Assembly (NCBI GenBank): GCA_003223395.1 | Contig: QHUZ01000056.1 | Span: 597-64,596, forward strand | DNA length: 64,000 nucleotides | From: Gemmatimonadota bacterium | GTDB lineage: Bacteria > Gemmatimonadota > Gemmatimonadetes > Gemmatimonadales > GWC2-71-9 | Direction of reading: 5' to 3' | In this document: piece by piece, positions 17,409-26,270 of the stretch | Layout: each line of letters starts with the position of its first letter | Numbering within the stretch: position 1 is the first letter of the stretch | The notes under the pieces: generated by a model | The model's input: only the letters and a program-made list of their open reading frames with translations | What the model was told of the DNA's origin: nothing | Databases searched by the model: none | Position numbers and translations under genes: made by a program

Positions 17409-17539
17409 GACACGAAGCGCGGCGCGCCGACCAGAATGCGGCGCGCGATCAGGATGATCGCGCCCGCATACAATAGATGAATCGTGCCGCTCGGCACTTG
17501 CGCCACGAACAGCAGCAAGAACCACGCGATCAGCATCAC
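17405..17539 (-). CDS. small membrane protein (44 aa, lmo0937-like)
   Basis: VMLIAWFLLLFVAQVPSGTIHLLYAGAIILIARRILVGAPRFVS. Found by hand, not in the ORF track. Confidence 0.45.
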   Translation of the reverse strand: MMLIAWFLLLFVAQVPSGTIHLLYAGAIILIARRILVGAPRFVS

Positions 17540-17780
17540 GACAGCGGCGAGCAGTGTGAGATTCAGGGCGATTGACCTTTAGGGTCCGGAAAGTATTCTA
17601 GTACGCAGGGGCGGGGAGATCAAACTATTGAGCCAACAAGCTCGATTGCGGACCCGGATACTGCGGCCCATGTCATGCCCCCACCGTGGGGAAGACAGAA
17701 TTCGTGGTGAGGGACCCATCATTACTTTCGGGCTTCAATAACCCTCCTCGTTCCTGTTGTAATCGATCGGCCGGTCCATG

Positions 17781-18998
17781 CTATGTGGTCCCGGCCGATC
17801 GCTTTTGGGTGACTGTTTGCCAGAAGTACTTCGGCGCCAGCAGCGCCCGCCCCTTGATCACAAATCCCACCAGCAGGATCACGATCCACAACGCATAGGC
17901 GACCGACACCTCCTCGCGCAGGTGCGGCGCCAGAAACTGCACTACCCAGAGCACGAAGAGCGCCGTGGCGTCGAACCAGTCGAATTCCATGTTCGCGAGC
18001 ACCACGAGGCCCAATCCCGTTTGCAGCAGGGTGAGGATGATCTCCAGGCGCTGACCGGTGTCGAAATGGAAGTCGGCCCAGGTGCCCGTGTGGTGGTAGT
18101 GCGAGTACCCGTAGACCAGCGGGATCATCGCGGCGAGCACGGTCCACTGATTGATGTTGCTTGAGACCATGTTCATCAGCGCCATCGGCGCATGCGTCAC
18201 GCGCCGCGCCCACAGGAATGCCGAGACCTTTTCGGGAAACTCCGAGAGGAACGGGGCGACCCATTGCACGAGGACGAACTGGCTGATGCCCAGTGTGGCC
18301 GCCACCGCGAGCATCGATTCGAGGAACGGATGCGCCGTGACGTACAACAGGAGGCCACCCCCGCCGAACAACGCGCCGATGGCTGCGGGGCGGCGCCAGC
18401 CGCGCTGCCGGTAGGCCCATTGCGACGCACGCGGGGCGTCGGCGAGCTCGTCGACGTGGTGGGGCGGATTCCGTAACAAGACCAGCAGATAGCCGACGTA
18501 CAGCAGCAACAGGACCAACGCGTCGATCCAGCTGATCGACTGCTTCCAGACGATCACGCCAAAGTAAAGCAGCGGCGGAACCAGGCCGATCACCTCGACG
18601 GCGTGCTCCGGCTGGAGCTTGATCGGTGGCACAGGCGGGTCGCCCTGGCGCCGTCCGAAAAACGCGAAGACGAAATAAATCATCGGCCAGCCGAGACCGA
18701 GCAGGAGCCGGATCGCGCCCGTCAGATTCGCGATGGCGAGGTGCGCGCGCTCGGGATCCCGTCCCGCGTCCCACGCGATGACCGCCTCGACGGCGAACTC
18801 GGGAAGCGTCTGGAGCCACGCCAGGATCGCGAGTGCCAGGCCTTGCGAGATGAGAAACTGCGCGGCTTCCGCGCCCCAGGCGACGAGGAATGCGGACAGC
18901 AGCATGCTGGGGAAGGTCCACAGCGCCGCGAGCGCCGTGCCTCCCGCGTGCGTCGCCTGGGCGAGTAGCTTTAGGTATGCCGCGCTGCGTCGTAACAC
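17781..18998 (-). CDS. polytopic cation exchanger-like membrane protein (CaCA-like, tentative)
   Basis: 405-aa hydrophobic ORF with about 10 TM helices and a two-fold internal layout. The start may be an internal Met, because 18998 overlaps the divergent PTPS gene. Confidence 0.55.
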   Translation of the reverse strand: MLRRSAAYLKLLAQATHAGGTALAALWTFPSMLLSAFLVAWGAEAAQFLISQGLALAILAWLQTLPEFAVEAVIAWDAGRDPERAHLAIANLTGAIRLLLGLGWPMIYFVFAFFGRRQGDPPVPPIKLQPEHAVEVIGLVPPLLYFGVIVWKQSISWIDALVLLLLYVGYLLVLLRNPPHHVDELADAPRASQWAYRQRGWRRPAAIGALFGGGGLLLYVTAHPFLESMLAVAATLGISQFVLVQWVAPFLSEFPEKVSAFLWARRVTHAPMALMNMVSSNINQWTVLAAMIPLVYGYSHYHHTGTWADFHFDTGQRLEIILTLLQTGLGLVVLANMEFDWFDATALFVLWVVQFLAPHLREEVSVAYALWIVILLVGFVIKGRALLAPKYFWQTVTQKRSAGTT

Positions 18999-19390
18999 GT
19001 CGGGTCCATTTCAATGCCGCGCATCGGCTCGCGAATCCGCGTTGGAGTGAAGCGGAAAATGAGCGTGTGTTCGGCGTCTGCAACAGCCCCAACTTTCACG
19101 GGCACAACTACAACCTCGACGTCTCCGTCGAGGGCGACATCGACCCCGACACCGGGTATGTCCTCGATATCGCACGCCTCAAGGAGATCGTGAACGAGTG
19201 TCTGGTCCGTCACCTGGACCACAAGAACCTCAATCTCGACGTTCCCTGGTTTCGGGAGCTGAACCCGACAGTGGAAAACATCGCGATCGTGTGCTGGCGC
19301 GTGCTCGCGCCCGCCGTTCCCCCCGCCCGGTTGAAGCGCATCCGGCTGTGGGAGACCGAGCGCAACTACGTCGACTACGAAGGAACGTGA
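18977..19390 (+). CDS. 6-pyruvoyl-tetrahydropterin synthase family (PTPS-I-like, Cx5HGH)
   Basis: ATG 18977. [10 protein letters not shown] and [11 protein letters not shown] followed by [17 protein letters not shown]. Confidence 0.85.
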   Translation: MPRCVVTRRVHFNAAHRLANPRWSEAENERVFGVCNSPNFHGHNYNLDVSVEGDIDPDTGYVLDIARLKEIVNECLVRHLDHKNLNLDVPWFRELNPTVENIAIVCWRVLAPAVPPARLKRIRLWETERNYVDYEGT

Positions 19391-19392
19391 GT

Positions 19393-19986
19393 ATGGCGCA
19401 CACGCAGTCTGCAGAGGTGCAGATTCCATTCCAGACGCTCGTGCACGAGATGCTCGAGCAGCTGGGCGAGGACCCGAAACGCGAGGGACTGCGGCAGACG
19501 CCCGCGCGCGTGGAAGCCTCGCTCAAGTGGCTGACGCGCGGCTACGGCATGGACGTCGAGGAAGTCGTCGGCGACGCGGTGTTCGAGGAAAAGCACGAAA
19601 GCATGATCTGCGTGCGGGACATCGAGATCTATTCGATGTGCGAGCACCACATGCTGCCGTTTTTCGGCAAGGCGCACGTTGCCTATCTCCCGAACGGCAA
19701 GATCGTCGGGCTGTCCAAGATCCCGCGGGTTGTCGAGGTCTTCGCCCGCCGGCTCCAGGTGCAGGAGCGGCTGACCGATCAGGTTGCCGAGGCGCTGTGC
19801 CGCGTGCTGAAGCCCCTGGGTGTCGGCGTGGTGATCGAGGCTTATCACCTCTGCATGATGATGCGCGGCGTCGAGAAGCAGAATTCCAAGACGGTGACGA
19901 GCGCGCTGCGCGGCGCGTTCCGGGACGACGCCAAGACGCGCGATGAGTTCCTGCGGCTGGTGCACGGAGGGGCCGGGCTGCCTTGA
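19393..19986 (+). CDS. folE: GTP cyclohydrolase I
   Basis: ATG 19393. [19 protein letters not shown] and QVQERLT signatures. Confidence 0.95.
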   Translation: MAHTQSAEVQIPFQTLVHEMLEQLGEDPKREGLRQTPARVEASLKWLTRGYGMDVEEVVGDAVFEEKHESMICVRDIEIYSMCEHHMLPFFGKAHVAYLPNGKIVGLSKIPRVVEVFARRLQVQERLTDQVAEALCRVLKPLGVGVVIEAYHLCMMMRGVEKQNSKTVTSALRGAFRDDAKTRDEFLRLVHGGAGLP

Positions 19987-20681
19987 AGGTCGCGCTGGTG
20001 ACGGGTGCATCGCGGGGCATCGGCCTCGCGGTCGCGGAAGCGCTGCATGCGACCGGCATGCACGTCGTGCGCGTGGCGCGGAGCCTGCGCTATCGGTCGA
20101 GCGAGCGGATGACGGACATCCCCTGTGACGTCACCAAGCCGGTCGCGGTAAAATCGCTCGTCGACCGGATCGTCGGCGAGCTCGGCTTGCCGGACGTCGT
20201 GGTCAACAACGCCGGCGTCTTCTTCATCAAGCAGCTCGCCGAGACCACGTACGATGACTTCGCGCTCACGCTCGCAACCAACCTGACGGCGCCGTTTTTG
20301 ATTGCGCGCGCGCTGGTGCCGGGTATGGTGCTGCGCGGCAGCGGCCACCTGGTCACGATCGGCTCGATCTCCGACTACATTGGATTCCCGGGTTCGACTG
20401 CCTACGCGGCCAGCAAGTTCGGTTTGCGGGGCATGCACGAGGTGATCCGCGCCGAGACGGCGCGCAGCGGGGTGCGCTCGACCCTCATCTCGCCGGGACC
20501 GGTGGACACCGACATCTGGGACGCCGTGGATCCTGATTCCAAGCCGGGTTTCACCAAGCGCAAGGACATGATGCGCGCCGAGGATATCGCGGCGGCAGTG
20601 GTGTACGCAGTGACGCAGCCGGAGCAGGTCGCGGTCACAGAGATCCGGCTGCGGCCGACTCTCTACTCGCCGAGGGGATGA
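19983..20681 (+). CDS. short-chain dehydrogenase/reductase (possible pterin reductase)
   Basis: TTG start overlapping the folE stop. TGASRGIG cofactor motif and YAASK catalytic motif. Confidence 0.85.
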   Translation: MKVALVTGASRGIGLAVAEALHATGMHVVRVARSLRYRSSERMTDIPCDVTKPVAVKSLVDRIVGELGLPDVVVNNAGVFFIKQLAETTYDDFALTLATNLTAPFLIARALVPGMVLRGSGHLVTIGSISDYIGFPGSTAYAASKFGLRGMHEVIRAETARSGVRSTLISPGPVDTDIWDAVDPDSKPGFTKRKDMMRAEDIAAAVVYAVTQPEQVAVTEIRLRPTLYSPRG

Positions 20682-20687
20682 GCGGCG

Positions 20688-21317
20688 GTGCACATCGAGC
20701 TCACCGAAATGTTGCGCTGTCCTGAACCACATCGAGAGGAGATGCTGGTTCTTTCGACGGGCGAGGTGAAAGACCGCATGGTGCGCTCCGGGCTCATCGG
20801 CTGCCCGGTGTGTCACAAGGAGTATCCGATCGCGCGCGGCATCGTGAATTTCCGGCGCAACAAGGAGCGCGTCGCGAAAGAGTCATCCGGCCCGCGCCCC
20901 GCGTACGCGCCACCCTCGCCGCTGCCGTCCGCCGATGCCGCGAAACTCCAGGCGTTGCTCGAGCTCTCGGGGCCCGGCGGCTACGTCGTGCTGGTCGGCG
21001 CCGCAGTGCGCCAGGCGCCGCGGCTCAGCACGCTGATGGAAGGGATTCATTTCGTCGGGATCAATCCGCCGCCCGACATGGAAGAGCAGCCCACGCTGTC
21101 CCTGATCTACGCCACCGAGAAAGTGCCGCTGCGCACGTCCGTCGCGCGCGGCGTCGTCGTCGGCGCCGACCTCGCGACCTCGCCGTGGCTGGTCGAAGCC
21201 CATCGCGTGCTGCTGCGCGGCCGCCGCTTCGTGGTGGAAAACGAAGAGCCCGAACTTCCGATCGGGCTCCTCAAGCTGGCGGCGGAACACGGCCTCTGGG
21301 TCGGGGAGAAACGCTAG
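20688..21317 (+). CDS. Trm112-like zinc-ribbon domain protein
   Basis: N-terminus LRCPEPH...CPVCHKEYPIARGIVNF. The remainder is uncharacterised. Confidence 0.5.
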   Translation: MHIELTEMLRCPEPHREEMLVLSTGEVKDRMVRSGLIGCPVCHKEYPIARGIVNFRRNKERVAKESSGPRPAYAPPSPLPSADAAKLQALLELSGPGGYVVLVGAAVRQAPRLSTLMEGIHFVGINPPPDMEEQPTLSLIYATEKVPLRTSVARGVVVGADLATSPWLVEAHRVLLRGRRFVVENEEPELPIGLLKLAAEHGLWVGEKR

Positions 21318-23152
21318 GCGATCGGGCTCTCGATGCTGGCGGTCATCGCATCCGCCGACGCATACGTCGCATCGATCAGATCCTTGTACCGCTTCTCGAC
21401 CTCCCGGCGCTTCACCTTGAGCGTCGGCGTCAGCTCGCCGCTCTCGATCGTAAAGTCGTTCTCGAGCAGCAGCACCTTCTTGGGCGTCTCGAACTTCGCG
21501 AGCTCGCGCAACATGCCCATCACCTCGCGCTCCACCTTCGCCTGTACATCGGGCAGCTGCAGCAGCTCGGCGCGCGACGCGTAGTGCAGGCCCCGCTCCT
21601 GCGCCCAGCGCTCGAGGTTGTCAAAATTCGGCACAATCAGAATGATGGGGAACTTGCGGCGGTCGCCGTACATCATGGCGTTGGCGACGAATTTGTTGCG
21701 CTTGACCATCATCTCGATCGGCTGCGGCGCGATGTACTTCCCGCCGGCCGTCTTGAGCAGCTCCTTCTTGCGGTCGGTGATCTTCAGGTACCCGTCCGAG
21801 TCGAGCTCGCCGATGTCGCCGGTGTGGAGCCAGCCCTCCGAGTCGACCGTTTCGGCTGTCGCCTCGGGCAGCTTGTAGTAGCCTTTCATGATGTTCGGGC
21901 CGCGGGCGAGAATCTCGCCATCCTGCGCGATCCTGAGCTCGACGCCGGGAATCGCGCGGCCGACCGTTCCGAGCTTGATGCGGTCGAGCGGATTGAGCGT
22001 CAGCACGGGCGACGTTTCGGTCAGCCCGTATCCCTCGATGACCGGGAGCCCGGCGCTATAGAAGAACTTGGCGATGTCCGCCGACAGCGGCGCGGCGCCG
22101 GAGACGAAGAACCGGATCTTCCCGCCGGTGCGCGCCCGGAGCTTCGAGAAGACCAGCCGGTCTGCGAGTTTTTTCTTGAGCCGGAGTCCAGCGGGAATGA
22201 GCAGCCCCGCCAGCGACAACGTCGCCCACTGCTCGCCGGCGCGCTTCGCCCAGAAAAAGATGTTGCGTTTGATCGCGCTGCCCGACAGCGCGTTCTCGAG
22301 CACCCGCGCGTACACCTTTTCGTAGAGCCGCGGCACCGATAAGACCACCGTCGGCTTCACTTCGCCCAGGTTTGTCGCAACGGTGTCGAAGGATTCGGCG
22401 TAGTTGATGATCACGCCGGCCTGGAACAGCGTGTAATCCACCATCCGCTCGTAGCTGTGCGACAGCGGCAGCATCGACAGACACTCGTCGCCGCCGCCGA
22501 TCGGGATCATCTGCAGCACCGCCTGCACATTCGACCAGATGTTGTGGTGCGACAGCATCACGCCTTTCGGATCGCCGGTCGTGCCCGACGTATAGATCAG
22601 CGTCGCCAGGTCATCGGGCTGCGCCTGCAGCGCTTCCTCTCTCCACTTGGGATGCTGCGGCGCGGCGGCTCGGCCCTTGGCCTCGACGGACTCGAGCGCC
22701 ACGACGCCTTCGGTGCGCCGCTGGGCTGCCGCGGGGGCGTCGAACACGATGACATGCTTGAGGCCGGAAAGATTACCCTTCGCCTCGAGCACCTTGTCCA
22801 GCTGCGCGGCCGTAGACACGAAGGCGGCGACCGATTCGGAATCGCGCAGGATGTATTCGGTCTGCTTCGCGGTGAGCGTCGGATAAATCGGGACATCGGT
22901 CGTGCGCGAGGTCAGGCAGGCGTAATCGCTCAGCGCCCACTCCGGACGGTTTTCCGAGACGATCGCGACTTTGTCGCCCGGTTTGATACCCAGCTCGCGC
23001 AGGCCGAGGGAGATCGCCTGTACGCGCTCGAGCGCCTGGCGATGGGTGACGGACACCCAGGCGCCGCCCACCTTCGACCGGAACGCCGCCGGCAAACTGG
23101 CGTGCCGATCCACGGTGGTGAAAAACAGCTGAGTGAGGGTGCCTCGGTTCAC
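21314..23152 (-). CDS. long-chain fatty acid-CoA ligase (AMP-forming)
   Basis: 612-aa ORF. AMP-binding motif YTSGTTGDPKGV, then TGDIGELDSDGYLKITDRKK. Confidence 0.9.
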   Translation of the reverse strand: MNRGTLTQLFFTTVDRHASLPAAFRSKVGGAWVSVTHRQALERVQAISLGLRELGIKPGDKVAIVSENRPEWALSDYACLTSRTTDVPIYPTLTAKQTEYILRDSESVAAFVSTAAQLDKVLEAKGNLSGLKHVIVFDAPAAAQRRTEGVVALESVEAKGRAAAPQHPKWREEALQAQPDDLATLIYTSGTTGDPKGVMLSHHNIWSNVQAVLQMIPIGGGDECLSMLPLSHSYERMVDYTLFQAGVIINYAESFDTVATNLGEVKPTVVLSVPRLYEKVYARVLENALSGSAIKRNIFFWAKRAGEQWATLSLAGLLIPAGLRLKKKLADRLVFSKLRARTGGKIRFFVSGAAPLSADIAKFFYSAGLPVIEGYGLTETSPVLTLNPLDRIKLGTVGRAIPGVELRIAQDGEILARGPNIMKGYYKLPEATAETVDSEGWLHTGDIGELDSDGYLKITDRKKELLKTAGGKYIAPQPIEMMVKRNKFVANAMMYGDRRKFPIILIVPNFDNLERWAQERGLHYASRAELLQLPDVQAKVEREVMGMLRELAKFETPKKVLLLENDFTIESGELTPTLKVKRREVEKRYKDLIDATYASADAMTASIESPIA

Positions 23153-23949
23153 GGCTTGATCTCCACGACAAAAATCACGGGACTGCCGGGCAGAGAATCT
23201 CCATGAAATTTCCGCATCGTGGCGGTGACGACTACAGAGTCGGGCAGAGGTCCGGCGTGCAATCGCACCTGCACCTGCGCGGTACCGTCCGTGGCGGTGA
23301 ACACGGTGTCTCTCGGCAATAATGTGACCGCGGGAACGCTGTCCGGATAGGTGGTAGCGGCGTACACGACGCGCCGGGTTGCGGCGGCCCCTCCGAGCGC
23401 GACCGTCGCGATTTGCAGAGGAGTGGAGAGCGAATCCACCGTGCTGTCGGTCGGCGTCACATCCAGCGTGTCACGCGTGCTGACGGCGGCCGCCATCGAA
23501 TCCAGCCGTGCCAGCACCTGCACCGTTTGCGGATTCGAAAACAGGTTTCCGGTGCGCGCCTGCAGCCGGGCCGTTCCCACCAGCGTCGCGAGCGAAACGC
23601 CGGTCGTACTGTCTATCACGTCGAGCGTGCTGTCGAGGGAGCTCCACAAGAGCTGTGCCTGGACCGAATCGCCCAGGCCGTTCAGCGCGCGTCCCCGAGG
23701 CCGGAAGGTGTTGGTGACCTCGACCCGGCCGCTGTCGGGCAACACGATTTCGATCGCCACGGCCTGGTTTGGATCGGTGTTGATCTTGCAAGCGAGCGCC
23801 GCCCCCCCCGCCCCCCCCGCCGCCCCCGTCGCGAGCGCCAGCAGCGCGAGTCTCCGAATCAGTGGCTGCCAGTCCTCTCTTCGGGCGCGCGCGAGGCAAT
23901 GGGGGAAGCACCAAGATCGTGAAGCGCCTGCGTCGCGTGCTCGATCCAT
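23149..23949 (-). CDS. secreted/lipoprotein of unknown function (start uncertain)
   Basis: LALLALATGAAGGAGGAALAC signal/lipobox followed by a beta-rich Thr/Val-rich body. GTGA overlap with the fadD-like start. The annotated ATG would overlap the TPR gene by about 90 nt. Confidence 0.5.
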   Translation of the reverse strand: MDRARDAGASRSWCFPHCLARARREDWQPLIRRLALLALATGAAGGAGGAALACKINTDPNQAVAIEIVLPDSGRVEVTNTFRPRGRALNGLGDSVQAQLLWSSLDSTLDVIDSTTGVSLATLVGTARLQARTGNLFSNPQTVQVLARLDSMAAAVSTRDTLDVTPTDSTVDSLSTPLQIATVALGGAAATRRVVYAATTYPDSVPAVTLLPRDTVFTATDGTAQVQVRLHAGPLPDSVVVTATMRKFHGDSLPGSPVIFVVEIKP

Positions 23950-24335
23950 TTCTGCGCGTCGGGTCCCCGGGGCGGGTGCGCCAGGAAGGTTTTCAGATGC
24001 TGGGCGGCGCCGTCGGGATCGCCCCGTTGCAGCAGGAGAAACGCCAGTCCGTAATGCGCGCCGGCGAGCGAGCTGTCGAGCTCGAGCGCGCGCCGGTAGT
24101 GGCGAATCGCTTCGTCGAAGCGGCGCGTCTTGGTGAACGCGATGGCCATGTTTTGCAGAATGCGCGCGTCGTTGGGGAGGTCGCGCAGCGCCAACCGATA
24201 CGACGTCAACGCGGCGTCATAATCCCCCTGACGCTCGAGGGCTAACGCCTCATTGAGATAATCGAGACGTTGTGGTCTGAGATCGTCGCTTCCTCCCGAC
24301 GAGCCCCCGCCGAACAAGCGACGCCAAAAACCCAT
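23859..24335 (-). CDS. TPR-repeat protein
   Basis: ATG 24335 (MGFWRRLFGG). Three to four TPR units (ALERQGDYDAALTSYRLAL...). Confidence 0.7.
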   Translation of the reverse strand: MGFWRRLFGGGSSGGSDDLRPQRLDYLNEALALERQGDYDAALTSYRLALRDLPNDARILQNMAIAFTKTRRFDEAIRHYRRALELDSSLAGAHYGLAFLLLQRGDPDGAAQHLKTFLAHPPRGPDAQKWIEHATQALHDLGASPIASRAPEERTGSH

Positions 24336-24349
24336 GGGGCGAAAATAGC

Positions 24350-24379
24350 TTGCGGCTGCTGACGCTGGCAATGTAGAAT
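24350..24379 (+). promoter_or_regulatory. candidate promoter TTGCGG-18-TAGAAT, 8 nt before ATG 24388
   Basis: AT-rich -10 box in GC-rich sequence. No Shine-Dalgarno between the box and the start codon. Confidence 0.4.
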
Positions 24380-24387
24380 CCCCCACC

Positions 24388-24894
24388 ATGGCTCAAGTTC
24401 GCAGCAAGCCCCCCCGGGGCGTGCTCCAGGTGGACTGGGCGTTCTTCGGGGAGTTGTGCCGGGTGCTGGCGCTCAAGGTCTTTCGCGAGTACGACCCCGA
24501 AGTCGTCATCGGGATCGCGAAAGCCGGCGTCATTCCCGGCGCAGTCGTCGCGAGCATCCTGCAACGCGACTTCGCGTCGATCGCCATCACGAAGGAAGGG
24601 TCCGTGATCGCCGGTCCGCCGCGCCTCGTGACCGGCAAGCGCGTGCTGCTGGTCGACGAGACCTGCGAATCGGGGAACACGATGAAGCTCGCGCTCGCGG
24701 CCGTGCGCGACCTCAAACCCGCTGCGGTGAAGACGGCGGTGTCGTTCAAGACCGGCACGTACAAGCCCGACTTCCACGCGCTCGAGAACGAGAACTTTAT
24801 TATCCTGCCGTGGGACCTCGAAGTCATCGTCGACGGCGAGATCGTCGTCCGCCCCGACTACCGCGCCAAACTGAAAGAGACCCCGCCCCGTTGA
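24388..24894 (+). CDS. phosphoribosyltransferase-family protein
   Basis: PRPP-binding motif VLLVDETCESGNT. Confidence 0.8.
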   Translation: MAQVRSKPPRGVLQVDWAFFGELCRVLALKVFREYDPEVVIGIAKAGVIPGAVVASILQRDFASIAITKEGSVIAGPPRLVTGKRVLLVDETCESGNTMKLALAAVRDLKPAAVKTAVSFKTGTYKPDFHALENENFIILPWDLEVIVDGEIVVRPDYRAKLKETPPR

Positions 24895-26270
24895 AAGATC
24901 GTCTCGCCGCCGCAGTCAAACTGTCTCGCGCCGATTACACCGAAATCCGCGTCGAACGCACCTGGAGCTCCGCCGTCGCCTTCCGAGGCCGCCGGCTGGA
25001 AACCGCGACCGTCAGCGAGGACCAGGGGGGGTTCGTGCGCGTGCTGAACACGGGGTGCGGCTGGGGCATCGCCTCGTTCACCTCGCTCGATGAGTTGCCC
25101 GCCATGGTCACGCGCGCGAACGAGCTGTCGCGCGCCGTGCGCGTGGATGAGCCGATCAGGCTCGCGGAGACGCGCCCGCAGACCGGCGATGCCATCCTCG
25201 AGCTCGACGGTGACGTGCGCGGCGTGCCGCTCGCGGAAAAGAAGCAGCTGCTCGACCGCTACAACGGCGCGATGCTCGCGGTGTCGGACAAGATCGTGGA
25301 CACGCAGTCGAGCTACCGCGACGAGGTCTCGGAAGTCTGGTTCGTCAACTCCGAAGGGACGTCGCTGTACCAGCTGCGGCCCGAGGTCGTCGTGTCCGGC
25401 ACGGCGATCGCACGGCGCAACGGCAATATCGAGAAGGGGCTCGAGTCGATCGGCCTGCGCAAAGGGTGGAACAGCGTCCAAACCTTCGAGGAGCAGTTCC
25501 GCGTCGTGGCGCAGCGGGCCGTAGACCTGCTCGCGGCGCCGCGCGTGCGCGGCGGCGCGTATCCTGTGATTCTGGACAACGAGCTCGCGGGCGTCTTCAT
25601 CCACGAAGCGTTCGGGCATCTGTCCGAAGCGGACTTCGTGTACGAAAACCCGCAGGCGCGCGAGATGATGACGCTGGGGAGGCGTTTCGGGAAACAGGTT
25701 TTGAACGTCGGCGACAATGGCGCCGCGCAGGGACTGCGCGGCACGTTGCCGTACGATGATGAAGGCACGCCCACGCAGGACACGCCGCTCATCAAGGAAG
25801 GGATCCTCGTCGGCCGGTTACACTCGCGCGAGACCGCCGCGAAGCTCGGCGAGCAGCCGACCGGCAACGCCCGCGCGATCTCATTCCGTCACCCGCCGAT
25901 CGTGCGCATGACCAACACCTACATCGCCCCCGGCAAGGAGGGTGTCGGATTCGACGACCTCATCACCGACATCAAGCTCGGCGTCTACGCCTGCGGCGCG
26001 TTCGGCGGCCAGACGATGCTCGAGAACTTTTCGTTCACGGCGGGCTGGGGCTACATGATTCGCGACGGCAAGGTCGCCGAGCTCGTGAAGGACGTCGTGC
26101 TGGCGGGCAATCTGTTCCAGACGCTCGATCGCATCGATCACATCGCCGGCGACTTCACCTGGAATCAGATGGGCGGCGGCTGCGGCAAGGGCGGCCAGTT
26201 CCCGCTGCCGGTTACTGAAGGGGCGCCGCACGTGCGCATCGAGGAAGCACTGATCGGCGGGGACATATGA
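24891..26270 (+). CDS. tldD: TldD-family metalloprotease
   Basis: TTG 24891 (TTGA overlap). HEAFGHLSE zinc motif. The upstream part of ORF 24456-26270 is an out-of-frame overlap with the PRTase gene. Confidence 0.9.
   Translation: MKDRLAAAVKLSRADYTEIRVERTWSSAVAFRGRRLETATVSEDQGGFVRVLNTGCGWGIASFTSLDELPAMVTRANELSRAVRVDEPIRLAETRPQTGDAILELDGDVRGVPLAEKKQLLDRYNGAMLAVSDKIVDTQSSYRDEVSEVWFVNSEGTSLYQLRPEVVVSGTAIARRNGNIEKGLESIGLRKGWNSVQTFEEQFRVVAQRAVDLLAAPRVRGGAYPVILDNELAGVFIHEAFGHLSEADFVYENPQAREMMTLGRRFGKQVLNVGDNGAAQGLRGTLPYDDEGTPTQDTPLIKEGILVGRLHSRETAAKLGEQPTGNARAISFRHPPIVRMTNTYIAPGKEGVGFDDLITDIKLGVYACGAFGGQTMLENFSFTAGWGYMIRDGKVAELVKDVVLAGNLFQTLDRIDHIAGDFTWNQMGGGCGKGGQFPLPVTEGAPHVRIEEALIGGDI

Noticed and set aside
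17765-17800. Perfect 10-bp stem GATCGGCCGG...CCGGCCGATC followed by GCTTTTG
   Set aside because: It looks like a plus-strand terminator, but no credible plus-strand gene ends here. It overlaps the last codons and stop of the minus-strand antiporter gene, and on that strand it lacks a U-tract. It is probably incidental or a minor transcript stabiliser.
20810-22342. 510-aa ORF on the plus strand overlapping the Trm112-like gene and antisense to the acyl-CoA ligase gene
   Set aside because: It has no recognisable motifs and an Arg/Ala-rich composition. The opposite strand encodes a complete AMP-binding enzyme.
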